Shown here piece after piece: positions 8,817-17,895 of a stretch of DNA of 58,474 nt. Source of the DNA: Chloroflexota bacterium (lineage in GTDB: Bacteria > Chloroflexota > JAJPGV01); NCBI GenBank assembly GCA_050695655.1, contig JBOGTU010000166.1, positions 1-58,474 on the forward strand. Direction: 5' to 3'. Each line of letters starts with the position of its first letter. The first letter of the stretch is position 1. The translations under genes were made by a program, and so were the position numbers. The notes under the pieces were generated by a model that worked only from the letters and a program-made list of their open reading frames with translations, was not told the origin of the DNA and searched no databases.

Positions 8817-9491
8817 GTGGCACCTCGGATACTGGTGGTTGATGATGACCCAGCCGTGCTGAGCGGCTTGCGCCGCGCTCTTGCCCTTGATGGTTACGAG
8901 GTTAGCGTAGCGGAGGATGGCGAGGCTGCTCTGCGCGCGGCCGATGAGCGCCTGCCAGACCTCGTGGTGCTGGACGTGATGCTGCCCGGTCTGGATGGGT
9001 TTGCCGTGTGCGAGCAGCTGCGCGCCATGTCCAGCGTACCCGTGCTCATGCTCACCGCGCGTGACACCGTGCCGGATCGGGTGGCTGGGCTGGACCGTGG
9101 CGCGGACGACTACCTGGTGAAGCCATTCGCCATCGACGAGCTGCTGGCGCGGGTGCGCGCCAACCTGCGGCGCAGCCAGCCGCGGGCCGGCGACCTGCTC
9201 ACGTACGCGGATGTGCGCCTCGATACGCTGGCTCGGGAAGCCTTCCGCGCCGACCAGCCGCTGCGCCTCACGCCCCGCGAGTACGAGCTGCTGCTGGCGT
9301 TCATGGTGCACCCGCGGCAAGCCCTCTCGCGCGAGCAGCTGTCGCAGAGCGTGTGGGGCTACGCCTTCGCAGGCGAATCCAACTTTGTCGACGTGGCCGT
9401 GAAGGAGCTGCGCAAAAAGCTGGAAGCCAGCGGACATGGTCGGCTCATTCAAACTGTGCGCGGCTTCGGATACGCCCTTCGGGAGGAGTAA
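8817..9491 (+). CDS. OmpR-family response regulator
   Basis: Receiver domain (RILVVDDDP...DLVVLDVMLPGLDG...TARD...GADDYLVKPF) plus winged-helix output (LTPREYELLLAFM...VDVAVKELRKKL...IQTVRGFGYAL). GTG 8817 gives the canonical N-terminus. Confidence 0.85.
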   Translation: MAPRILVVDDDPAVLSGLRRALALDGYEVSVAEDGEAALRAADERLPDLVVLDVMLPGLDGFAVCEQLRAMSSVPVLMLTARDTVPDRVAGLDRGADDYLVKPFAIDELLARVRANLRRSQPRAGDLLTYADVRLDTLAREAFRADQPLRLTPREYELLLAFMVHPRQALSREQLSQSVWGYAFAGESNFVDVAVKELRKKLEASGHGRLIQTVRGFGYALREE

Positions 9492-9617
9492 GCGCTTGGC
9501 CGAAAACACCCGGCTGCCGGGACGAGGCCTCCTCGCGGCGTCAGCTCCTTGGGGGATTGCCACAGCCGAAGCGGGCAGGCGGACGCTCAGAGCTGCCTGG
9601 CCAGGCGTGTAGCGGCC

Positions 9618-11024
9618 ATGTCGCTTCGCCTGCGCCTCACGCTCACCTATCTGGCGCTGCTGGCCCTGGCGCTGGCAGCATTCGCCACGTTCCTGTACTT
9701 CACCATGCAACGGCAGATCCTGGACGATATCGATCGCCAGCTCACCCTCCGGTCGGATGAGGTGCAGCTGGCCCTGTGGCCCAATCCCCAGGCACCCACC
9801 CTGGCCGACCTCTCACCCACCAAGCTGGACCTCTCACCCCTGGCCAACCTCAATGCGCCCAGTCTTTACGTGCAGGTGGTGAGCCTCAACCGCCACGTGC
9901 TGGCCACCTCCAGCACCTTGAACGGCGTAGCCCTGCCCATCGACCAGGCGAACTTCGCCTCGGTGGTGGCTGGCAAGCAGGCTTTTAATGACGTGATCGC
10001 GCCCGGTTACCCGCCCATTCGGGTGCTGAGCGATCCCATCATAGTCAAGGGTAAAGTGGGCGCCATTCTGCAGGTGAGCCAGCCTCTGGCGCTGCTCACC
10101 CAAACCCTGCGCGGGCTGCGAACCCTGCTCCTGCTGCTGGGCCTGGGCGTGCTGGCGGTGGCCGGCGGCGCGGGCTGGTTCGTGGCCTACCATGGCCTGC
10201 GCCCGCTGGGCGCCATGTCCAGGCAGGCCGCGGGCATCGCAGCCCAGCGCAATTTCAGCCGCCGCCTCGGCACCGGCAGCCGGCCGGACGAGGTGGGCCA
10301 GCTGGCCCGCACCATCAACCAGCTGCTGGCCACGGTTGACGAGACCCTCAGCCGGCATCGAGACTTCGTAGCCGACACATCGCACGAGCTGCGCAACCCA
10401 CTGCTCGCCATTCGTACCAACCTCGAGCTCATGGACCGCGTGCCGGACGCCGCGGGGCGCGAAGAGTGCGTGCGCGAAAGCCGCCAGCAGGTGGAGCGTA
10501 TGAGCCGCCTGGTGTCGGACCTGCTGCTGCTGGCGCAGGTAGAGGCCGGCCTGGTAGTGGAGCGGCGGCCGGTGGAGCTGGCCAGCCTGGTGACCGCGAC
10601 CATCCACGAGCTGGAAGCTCCGGCCGGCGGCCCCAGCGTTACCGCCGAGCGGCTGGATGCTGTGCGTGTGCTGGGCGACGAGGGCCGCCTGCGGCAGATC
10701 CTCACCAATCTGCTGAGCAACGCCCTCAAGCACACCCCGCCCAGTGGCCATATCACCGTGCGAGTAGAGGAGCAGCCCCGGGGCGCGCTGCTGACCGTGC
10801 AGGACACCGGTGAGGGCATTGCCGCGGAGGATCTGCCCAATGTCTTCGAACGTGGCTTTCGCGCCAAGAGTGGCGGTGGCGGCAGCTATGGACTGGGGCT
10901 GGCCATCGTGAAGCACCTGGCGGAGGCGCACGGTGGGAACGTGGCCGTGCAGAGCGAGCTGGGCGCCGGCAGCTGCTTCAGCGTGTGGCTGCCGAGCGGC
11001 ACCCGTCATCTAACGCTCACGTAA
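9618..11024 (+). CDS. Sensor histidine kinase (2 TM, HAMP, HisKA, HATPase_c)
   Basis: MSLRLRLTLTYLALLALAL TM1, H-box FVADTSHELRNPL, N-box LLSNALKHT, G-boxes DTGEGI and GLGLAIV. The ATG at 9618 gives the typical N-terminus. Confidence 0.85.
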   Translation: MSLRLRLTLTYLALLALALAAFATFLYFTMQRQILDDIDRQLTLRSDEVQLALWPNPQAPTLADLSPTKLDLSPLANLNAPSLYVQVVSLNRHVLATSSTLNGVALPIDQANFASVVAGKQAFNDVIAPGYPPIRVLSDPIIVKGKVGAILQVSQPLALLTQTLRGLRTLLLLLGLGVLAVAGGAGWFVAYHGLRPLGAMSRQAAGIAAQRNFSRRLGTGSRPDEVGQLARTINQLLATVDETLSRHRDFVADTSHELRNPLLAIRTNLELMDRVPDAAGREECVRESRQQVERMSRLVSDLLLLAQVEAGLVVERRPVELASLVTATIHELEAPAGGPSVTAERLDAVRVLGDEGRLRQILTNLLSNALKHTPPSGHITVRVEEQPRGALLTVQDTGEGIAAEDLPNVFERGFRAKSGGGGSYGLGLAIVKHLAEAHGGNVAVQSELGAGSCFSVWLPSGTRHLTLT

Positions 11025-11064
11025 GCCTCACTGCCCTCTCATCCATGGGCGAGAGCATGCGGTC

Positions 11065-12447
11065 ATGCCCTTGTTGCTCAACCGACCTGCTGGCGCGGGC
11101 CGGCACCATCGCCGGCCTTTTGGGCCCGGCTCGCGCGGCGCGAGCCCGGCGCCCGTTCAGTTGTACGAACTGCCGCCACGCCTCACGCCCAGGCGCCTGG
11201 GCGATTACAGCGCCGTGGCCCCCGCTGGCACGCTGGCGGAGCTGCGCAACCTGGCCCGCCCGTTGGCCGGCCTGCGCGTGCTGCACCTGAGCGCGGGACC
11301 CTTCGGCAGTGCAGTGGCAGATGCGCTCGCCGCTCTTGTACCGCTGCAGCGCGAGCTGGGGCTGGAAGTGGAATGGCGTGTGCTGCGGGCCGCGGGAGAT
11401 GCGGCGGGCCCGGGCTCCTGGTCCACGGTCTACGAAGAGCTCTCGGGCGGAGTCGCCAGCAATTCGACAGCGCTGGATGTGCGTCGCCCGTTCGACACCA
11501 CACGACTGAGTCGGTTGTGGGACGTGATCGTCCTGCACGACCCGCAGCTCATCGGACTGCCGGGCCTGCGGCCCGACGAGGGCAGCGCGGCCTGGTTGTG
11601 GCATTGCCATCTGGACCTGCGCACGGCCAGCCCCACACGCTGGCCGGAGGTGTATCGCGGGCTCAGCGGCTTTGCCGCGGTGCTCTTTGCCCACGAGGCC
11701 TTCAGCCCCGGGCATCTGGGCCTGCCGCGGGTCATCATGCCCGAGCCCGTGTTGGATCCGTGTTCGCCGCGCAACGCACCCCTGGACGCGCCACTGCTGC
11801 CGGCGCTGCTGCGGCAGCAGGGCCTCGACCCAGAGCGACCGATCATCGGGCAATTCGCTCCCAATGGCCATCGCTACGCCACCCTGGCCGCCCTCGGCGC
11901 GTACTGGCTGGCGCGCCACGAAATACCGGGACTGCAGCTGGTGCTGGCGGATGTGTCGGCCGCCTCACCCGAGACTCAGGTGCCTTCCACGAGCACGCCG
12001 CCGGAAACGGCCGAAATCTTGCGGGCAGCGGCGCGTGATCATGACGTGCACCTCTTCACCCCCGGTGGGGGTCTCACGGCAACCCACATCAATGCGCTGG
12101 AGCGATCGGTCGACGTGGCCATGCAGATGGCCGTGCCCCGTGGCTGGAGCCAGGGCCTGCTGGAGTGCCAGTGGAAGGGCAAGCCAGCCGTGGTAGGCCG
12201 CTACGGGCAACTGGCGGAACAGGCTGGCTGGGGTAGTCACGGCGCCGTAGTGGATGGCGCGCCGGACGCTGCCGAACGCGTGGTGGACCTGCTGCGCCAG
12301 CCGGAGCGCGCGTGCCGCATGGGCACCGCGGCGCACCAGGCGGTAGCAGAGGGGCACTTGATCCTGGCTCAAGTGGCCGCCTATTCGCGGCTTTTTCACC
12401 AGCTCGAGGAAAAGCGAACTATCGGCACAGGAGGTGATCTGCGATGA
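11065..12447 (+). CDS. TreT-like (trehalose glycosyltransferring synthase family, GT4) protein with divergent motifs
   Basis: Collinear with archaeal/bacterial TreT as I recall it: RVLHLSAGPFGSAVADALAALVPLQRELGLEVEWRV, VIVLHDPQ, AWLWHCHLDL, VIMPEPVLDP, DPERPIIGQF, MQMAVPRGWSQGLLECQWKGKPAVVG. The stop overlaps the otsA start (ATGA at 12444-12447). An alternative TTG start lies at 11161. Confidence 0.65.
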   Translation: MPLLLNRPAGAGRHHRRPFGPGSRGASPAPVQLYELPPRLTPRRLGDYSAVAPAGTLAELRNLARPLAGLRVLHLSAGPFGSAVADALAALVPLQRELGLEVEWRVLRAAGDAAGPGSWSTVYEELSGGVASNSTALDVRRPFDTTRLSRLWDVIVLHDPQLIGLPGLRPDEGSAAWLWHCHLDLRTASPTRWPEVYRGLSGFAAVLFAHEAFSPGHLGLPRVIMPEPVLDPCSPRNAPLDAPLLPALLRQQGLDPERPIIGQFAPNGHRYATLAALGAYWLARHEIPGLQLVLADVSAASPETQVPSTSTPPETAEILRAAARDHDVHLFTPGGGLTATHINALERSVDVAMQMAVPRGWSQGLLECQWKGKPAVVGRYGQLAEQAGWGSHGAVVDGAPDAAERVVDLLRQPERACRMGTAAHQAVAEGHLILAQVAAYSRLFHQLEEKRTIGTGGDLR

Positions 12448-13961
12448 GAGCTTTAGGGCTGGAATCACCCACCCAGGTCGCCAGCACTGGCGCTGCCTGC
12501 CCAGTGGTAGTGAGCCAGCGAGGACCGTTGGCCTTCGACTTTGGCGCCGGCGGCCTGCCAGCACCGAAGCCTGCGCCGGGGGGACTGGCCACCACCATCG
12601 GCGCGGCCGCGGTGTGCGAGCCCCTCATCTGGATCGCTGCCGCGCACTCGCCGGCCGATGCCGCCGCGGCACGACAAACGTGGTTCCACCGGCAGGCCGA
12701 GGTGCGCCTGGTGCCGCCGTCAGCGACACTGGCGGGCGAGGACGGAGGCCTGGCCAATCCTGTGCTCTGGTTCTTGCAGCACGGCCTGGCGAGCAGCCTC
12801 CAACCGTGGCGCTTTGACCCGCGGCGGCAGCATCTATGGGCTGAGGAGTACCGGCAGGCCAATGCCAGCTTGGTCGGCGCGGCCGCCGAAGTCGCCAATG
12901 CCAGCGTGTTCCTGCTGCAGGACTATCACCTGTATTTGGCCCCAGCCCTGCTCCGACGGCAGCGCCCAGAGGCACCAATCGCGCATTTCAGCCACATTCC
13001 CTGGCCGCGCTCCGGAACTTGGGCACGCCTGGCGCCGGAGCTGCTGCGCGGCCTGCTGCAGGGCCTGCTGGGCGCTGACCTGCTCGGCTTCCAAACGGCC
13101 GCGGACGCGGCGAACTTCGCCGCCACTTGCGTAACCTATGGCGTGGCGCGGCAAGAAGGTGCATGGCTGCGTGGGGCCGATGGCCGCGCCACCCTGCTGC
13201 GCAACTACCCCGTCACCGTGGACGCGCCCAGCCTCTTCAACGCCGCTGCCATGCAGGGCGAGTCGCCGGCGCTGTGTGCACGTAGCCGGCAGGTTGTGCT
13301 GCGGGTGGATCGGTTGGACCCCAGCAAGAACATCCCGGGCGGTTTCGCCGCGTTTGGCCGGCTGCTGGAGGTGCACCCCGAGCTGCGCGGCGGCGTAGAG
13401 TTCGTGGCACACCTGGTGCGCACCCGCGAGAATGTGCCCGAGTACCGGGACGCGCGCGACGCCGCCCGCGAGGCCGCCGAGCACGTGAACGCGCGCTTCG
13501 GAACGGCCGGCTGGCAACCCATTCGCATCACGTTGAGGGATGATCGGCAGCTCGCTTTGGCCGAACTGCGCCGGTTCGACGTGCTGCTGGCCAATTCCCT
13601 GGCGGACGGGATGAACCTGGTGGCCAAAGAGGGCGCGGTGCTCAACGAGCGGGATGGCGTGCTGGTGCTTTCGCAGCGGGCAGGTGCCTGGGAGGAGCTG
13701 GGTGGTTGGGCGCTGGGAGTGGACCCGACCGACATCGACCAAACGGCCCGCGTGCTGCACGAGGCGCTGACCATGCCACCCAGCGAGCGAGTGATCCGCG
13801 CGCGCCGCCTGCGCCACGCCGTAGCCAGCACCAGCAGCGTGAACTGGCTGAACAGCCAGGTGCACGACGCCCTCACCGCCCACGCCGCCAACGTGCGCGC
13901 CACCGCCGCCGATGGCCTACTCGCGCGGGACCTCGCCAGCCGCCACCTGGTGACCGCGTAA
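12444..13961 (+). CDS. otsA: Alpha,alpha-trehalose-phosphate synthase (GT20)
   Basis: LLQDYHLYLAP, HFSHIPWP, LLGFQT, RVDRLDPSKN, DGMNLVAKE and VLVLSQRAG are collinear with OtsA. Confidence 0.85.
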   Translation: MRALGLESPTQVASTGAACPVVVSQRGPLAFDFGAGGLPAPKPAPGGLATTIGAAAVCEPLIWIAAAHSPADAAAARQTWFHRQAEVRLVPPSATLAGEDGGLANPVLWFLQHGLASSLQPWRFDPRRQHLWAEEYRQANASLVGAAAEVANASVFLLQDYHLYLAPALLRRQRPEAPIAHFSHIPWPRSGTWARLAPELLRGLLQGLLGADLLGFQTAADAANFAATCVTYGVARQEGAWLRGADGRATLLRNYPVTVDAPSLFNAAAMQGESPALCARSRQVVLRVDRLDPSKNIPGGFAAFGRLLEVHPELRGGVEFVAHLVRTRENVPEYRDARDAAREAAEHVNARFGTAGWQPIRITLRDDRQLALAELRRFDVLLANSLADGMNLVAKEGAVLNERDGVLVLSQRAGAWEELGGWALGVDPTDIDQTARVLHEALTMPPSERVIRARRLRHAVASTSSVNWLNSQVHDALTAHAANVRATAADGLLARDLASRHLVTA

Positions 13962-14251
13962 CCCTGGAGGGCGGATTGCTCGGTGAGAGACGAGATAGGA
14001 GCCTCAGGCCAGTGAGGCGCGCGGCGTGGAGCCGGCGCAGGGGAGCCATGCCCGATGCCAGATTGTGGCCGGGTCAGTGCATTGGAGCCGGCGGCATACC
14101 GTCACGAAACACGTGCGCCCTGCTTATCCTGAGCGGGACGCACCGCCGCGTCCAGTGCCCTGATCGGATTGCCGTTCTCGCCGGCCGCAGGTAGGCCTCG
14201 CAGTTGTAGGCCTCGCACTTGTAATAGTCGGTGGCCGCGGGACCTCGTGAG

Positions 14252-14500
14252 TCAGTGTCCGCCTTCGGGCCACGCTGGCGGTGGGTCGGGCGGATGCGCA
14301 TTGGGCGGCGAGGTCGGGTCATCGTCGGCGAGGACTTCTTCGGCCAGACGCAGCCAGCGGCCGAGGAGAGCTTTGGCCTCGCCTGATCCGGCGCTGTCGC
14401 GGGATGCTTGCTTGCGAGCGGCCTCTCCTGGGTTGGGGGGCGGACAGAGCGGCGTTTCCGTGCTGTCGCGCGGCTGCGGATCGTCGATAACGAGCAGCAT
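14252..14500 (-). CDS. Hypothetical protein (82 aa), weakly supported
   Basis: This is the only frame in the 13962..14628 gap with consistently G/C-rich third positions. It has a weak GCGGAG upstream of the ATG. No family recognised. Confidence 0.3.
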   Translation of the reverse strand: MLLVIDDPQPRDSTETPLCPPPNPGEAARKQASRDSAGSGEAKALLGRWLRLAEEVLADDDPTSPPNAHPPDPPPAWPEGGH

Positions 14501-14628
14501 TGCTCCGCCGCGTGAGGGCCGCGTGACCCGATCGTGAGGATTCGATGAGGAAACGGCCGCGGCCAGTATACTTGCTGCTTCCCAAGGGGCTCAGCACAGA
14601 ACGCGTCCGGTGTCAGAAGGAAGATCAT

Positions 14629-15783
14629 ATGAAGCGCAGCAGCCATCGCATGCTCACCACCCACGCCGGCCGGCTGGACGGGCCGCCAGCGCTCACTGAG
14701 TACACCCGCATGGCTGGCCGGTCGGGGCCGCTGCCCGAACGCTCCACGCTGGTGACTGAGATCAAGGGCGCTATCGACGATGTGGTGCGGCGCCAGCGCG
14801 ACGCGGGGGTGGACGTGATCAGTGACGGCGAAGTGGGCAAGATCGGCGGCATCACCTACTTTGGCCCCCGCCTCAGCGGCTTGACGCGCAAATTGCCCTC
14901 CGGCAGCGACCCCGCCATGATGTCGCAGCGCACGAACGAGCGCCTGGAATTCGATGAGTTCTACGCCGAAATGGGCAACTTTCGCGGTGGAGCATCCGAG
15001 CGCTGGGTATGCGTGGGGCCCATGGCCTATGCCGGCCAGGCTGAGATCGCCAGCGATATCGCGCTTTTCAATGACGCGGCGGCGAACAGCGGTGCCGAGG
15101 AGCAGTTCATGTGCGCGCTGGCTCCCGGCTGGATAGAGCACACTCTGTGGAACGAGCACTACAAGAGCGACGAGGACTTCCTCTTCGGCATCGCCGAAGC
15201 CATGCGGCCGGAGTACCAGGCCATCGTGGACGCCGGCTTGCTGCTGCAGCTGGACGATCCCGGCCTGCCCGATACCTACGACATGATCGTCCCCGCGCCG
15301 AGCATCGAGGACTATCGGAAGTTCGCGGAAATTCGCGTGGAGGCGATGAACCACGCGCTGCAAGGCATCCCCGAGGACCGCGTCCGCTACCACATCTGCT
15401 GGGGCAGCTGGCACGGCCCGCACACGCATGACCTGCCCCTGGAGCACGTGGTGGACCTGATGCTGCGCATCCATGCCCAGGCCTACTCGGTGGAAGCCGC
15501 CAACCCTCGTCACGAGCATGAGTGGAAGGTATGGCAGCACGTGAAGCTGCCAGAGGGCAAGATCCTCATCCCCGGCGTCGTCAGCCACGCGACCAACGTG
15601 GTGGAGCACCCGGAAGTCGTGGCGGACCGCATTCTCCGTTACGCCAGTGTCGTGGGCAAGGAGAACGTCATCGCCGGCACGGATTGCGGCATGGGCGGCC
15701 GCATCCATCGCCAGCTCGGCTGGGCCAAGCTCAAGGCCCTGTCCGAAGGGGCCGAGCTGGCCTCTCGGCAGCTCTGGAAGTAA
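14629..15783 (+). CDS. Cobalamin-independent methionine synthase-like (MetE C-terminal domain family) protein
   Basis: Motifs include DVISDGE, QLDDP, YHICWGSW and IAGTDCGMGG, typical of the MetE_C-like / methylcobamide:CoM methyltransferase fold. ATG 14629 is preceded by GAAGGAAG. Confidence 0.75.
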   Translation: MKRSSHRMLTTHAGRLDGPPALTEYTRMAGRSGPLPERSTLVTEIKGAIDDVVRRQRDAGVDVISDGEVGKIGGITYFGPRLSGLTRKLPSGSDPAMMSQRTNERLEFDEFYAEMGNFRGGASERWVCVGPMAYAGQAEIASDIALFNDAAANSGAEEQFMCALAPGWIEHTLWNEHYKSDEDFLFGIAEAMRPEYQAIVDAGLLLQLDDPGLPDTYDMIVPAPSIEDYRKFAEIRVEAMNHALQGIPEDRVRYHICWGSWHGPHTHDLPLEHVVDLMLRIHAQAYSVEAANPRHEHEWKVWQHVKLPEGKILIPGVVSHATNVVEHPEVVADRILRYASVVGKENVIAGTDCGMGGRIHRQLGWAKLKALSEGAELASRQLWK

Positions 15784-15914
15784 GCCGCTCGCCGGCTCCA
15801 GCGCTTATGAGAGCGTGCTCACGTTGAGTTCACGCGTGATTCATGTTCTCGGCGCACGATGGCCGTGTAGTCGCTGGCCGGAGGCCAGCACATGGGCAAG
15901 GGAGGGCCAGGCAG

Positions 15915-16349
15915 ATGGCAACGGTTGCAGGTATTCAGAGCAGCTCAGCGGTGACGAAGGCGAATGCGCCGGCTCCTCACGGAGGGGTAGCGGCGGCCGA
16001 GCCGGGAGGGAGCGCTCCGACGGTGGGTCCGGCGGCGTTGGCCGCGATCTCCGCCAAGGGCCAGCGCACGGCGGGCAAAGCCGGGGTGACGAGCGGTGGC
16101 AGCACCAGCAGCGCGGCGCAGCAGGCTCAGCTGCGGGCGCTGGTGCAGCGGGCCATGGCCGACGTCGCGAAGATGGCCTCCAACCCCGCCGGCGCCGCTG
16201 CCACGGTGCAGCAGATCAACAGTATGCTGCAACAGGCCCAGCAGGCCGGCGGTGGAAACGCGCAGGGTGCCGCGATCGTTCAGCAGCTGGGGCGGCTCCT
16301 GCAGCGCGCGCGTGCGGAAGAGGCCTCAGGCGTCAGCAGCGGCGCGTAG
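15915..16349 (+). CDS. Hypothetical Ala/Gln/Gly-rich protein (144 aa)
   Basis: Strong RBS (GGGAGGG 9 nt upstream of ATG 15915) and high G/C at third positions. The sequence is low-complexity with helical AQQAQLRALVQRAM...INSMLQQAQQAGGG segments. No family recognised. Confidence 0.45.
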   Translation: MATVAGIQSSSAVTKANAPAPHGGVAAAEPGGSAPTVGPAALAAISAKGQRTAGKAGVTSGGSTSSAAQQAQLRALVQRAMADVAKMASNPAGAAATVQQINSMLQQAQQAGGGNAQGAAIVQQLGRLLQRARAEEASGVSSGA

Positions 16350-16482
16350 GAGCGTAGCCGGAGGCCCTCGAATAATCACACGGTCCAGCGTCGATTGCGA
16401 ACCGCGCGAGCCTTCGGGGGCCGCCACTCAGCGGAGTGAATGCCTGGGCCAAGCTGATGGCGCCGCATTCCGCCAGCCGGTT

Positions 16483-17895
16483 TCAGCCGCTGGCGGGTAG
16501 GGTCACCGTGAACGTCGAGCCTTGGTGCAGCGTGCTCTGCACCTGGATGGTGCCCCCATGGGCCTGCGCGATCCAAAGACTGATGGCCAGTCCTAATCCC
16601 TCGCCGCCATCCTGGCGTGAGCGGGAGCGATCCACCCGGTAGAACCGCTCGAACAGATGGGGTAGGTGCTCCGGCGCGATGCCCACGCCCGTATCCGCGA
16701 TCTGCGCCACAGCCCAGCCGCCCTGGCGCTTCACACACACCTGCACTCGGCCGCCCGGAGCCGTGTACTTGAGCGCGTTGTCCACCAGATTGACCACCAG
16801 CTGGGTGAGGCGCGTCTGGTCGCCCTGCACGAACAGCGGATCGGCAGCGGCAACCTCAAGCCCCACCTGGCGCGACTCCGCCAGGGGAAGCATGGCGCCG
16901 GCCACGTCGCTCACCAGCTCGTGCAGGGCGAGCAGCTCCCTGGTGAGCTGCTCGTGGCCGGCGTCGGCCCGCGCCAGCACCAGCAGCTCGCTCAGCAAAT
17001 GGCCCATGCGGCTCGCGTCCTGCCGGATATTGGTGAGCGCTTCGCGGTATTCGCTCGCCTTGCGCGGCCGCTCCAGCGCAACATCGGCCTGGCTGGTCAG
17101 CATGGCCAGCGGCGTCCGCAGCTCGTGGGAGGCATCCGCGGTGAACTGCCGCTCCCGCCGAAAAGCTTCGTTGAGGCGGTGCAGCATGCGGTCGAACGTT
17201 GCTGCCAGGCGCCCAACCTCGTCGTTGGTGGGCGGGAGATCGATGCGCCACGACAGGTCATGCCCACCCACCTCCTCGGCCGCGCGGGTGATGCGGTCGA
17301 TGGGGCCCAGCGCGCGCGCCGCGAGAAAGAAGCCGCCTGCCACTGCCAGCAGCAACGTGCCCGGCACGGCCACCAGCAGCAGATCTTCCAGCTCATCCAA
17401 CGCGGAGGTGACGGCATCCTCGGGGCGGGCCACTACCAACACTCCTCGCAGTTGCCCCGTGGGTCCCACGGGCGAAGCCAGAACCCGCCAGCCTTTGCCA
17501 GCGGCATCCACGGTGGCGAAGGTGCGCATCCCTGCCGCGGCCACCCGCAGCACCCCCAGTGGTACGGCCGGCGGCTGCCGCGTGTTGCTCTCCAACAGCG
17601 TGCCGCGAGAGGCGCTGTACAGCGCCAGGACGGAATCGGCCGGCAACTGAGCGGCCGGATCTGTGAGGCGCGGCGTACCCCGTTGCGCATTCAGTACGGC
17701 CAGCGCTTGGGTCTCCTGGGAAAGCAGCGCCCGATCCTGGGCCTCCCGCAAGCCCTGATCGAGATTCACGTAAAGGAAAGCGCTGAAGGCCACCAGAATC
17801 ACCGCCAGCAGGCCCACGTACCACAGTGTGAGCCGCACCCGGATGGTTTGTGCAGAGGTCCAGGCAGCGCGCAGGGCCTGCCGAGCGGCCTTCAC
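16483..17895 (-). CDS. Sensor histidine kinase (CusS/heavy-metal-sensor-like architecture)
   Basis: [28 protein letters not shown]1, HAMP, H-box [14 protein letters not shown]-box [21 protein letters not shown]. The GTG start at 17895 overlaps the regulator stop (GTGA). Confidence 0.85.
   Translation of the reverse strand: MKAARQALRAAWTSAQTIRVRLTLWYVGLLAVILVAFSAFLYVNLDQGLREAQDRALLSQETQALAVLNAQRGTPRLTDPAAQLPADSVLALYSASRGTLLESNTRQPPAVPLGVLRVAAAGMRTFATVDAAGKGWRVLASPVGPTGQLRGVLVVARPEDAVTSALDELEDLLLVAVPGTLLLAVAGGFFLAARALGPIDRITRAAEEVGGHDLSWRIDLPPTNDEVGRLAATFDRMLHRLNEAFRRERQFTADASHELRTPLAMLTSQADVALERPRKASEYREALTNIRQDASRMGHLLSELLVLARADAGHEQLTRELLALHELVSDVAGAMLPLAESRQVGLEVAAADPLFVQGDQTRLTQLVVNLVDNALKYTAPGGRVQVCVKRQGGWAVAQIADTGVGIAPEHLPHLFERFYRVDRSRSRQDGGEGLGLAISLWIAQAHGGTIQVQSTLHQGSTFTVTLPASG

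Noticed and set aside
9834-13883. Several 200-390-aa minus-strand ORFs (9834..11009, 10187..10867, 11017..11919, 12834..13883, 13205..13903)
   Set aside because: All are antisense to the histidine kinase, TreT-like gene and otsA. No motifs were found, and this is typical GC-driven open frames.
13962-14628. Cobalamin or SAM riboswitch upstream of the MetE-like gene
   Set aside because: I found no B12-box (GCCACUG-type core) and no SAM-I conserved junction sequences. The region also looks partly coding on the opposite strand.
14074-15708. 544-aa ORF on the minus strand
   Set aside because: It is antisense to the well-supported MetE-like gene. The composition is Arg/Ala/His/Gly-rich with no recognisable motifs. 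Long stop-free antisense frames are expected at this GC content.
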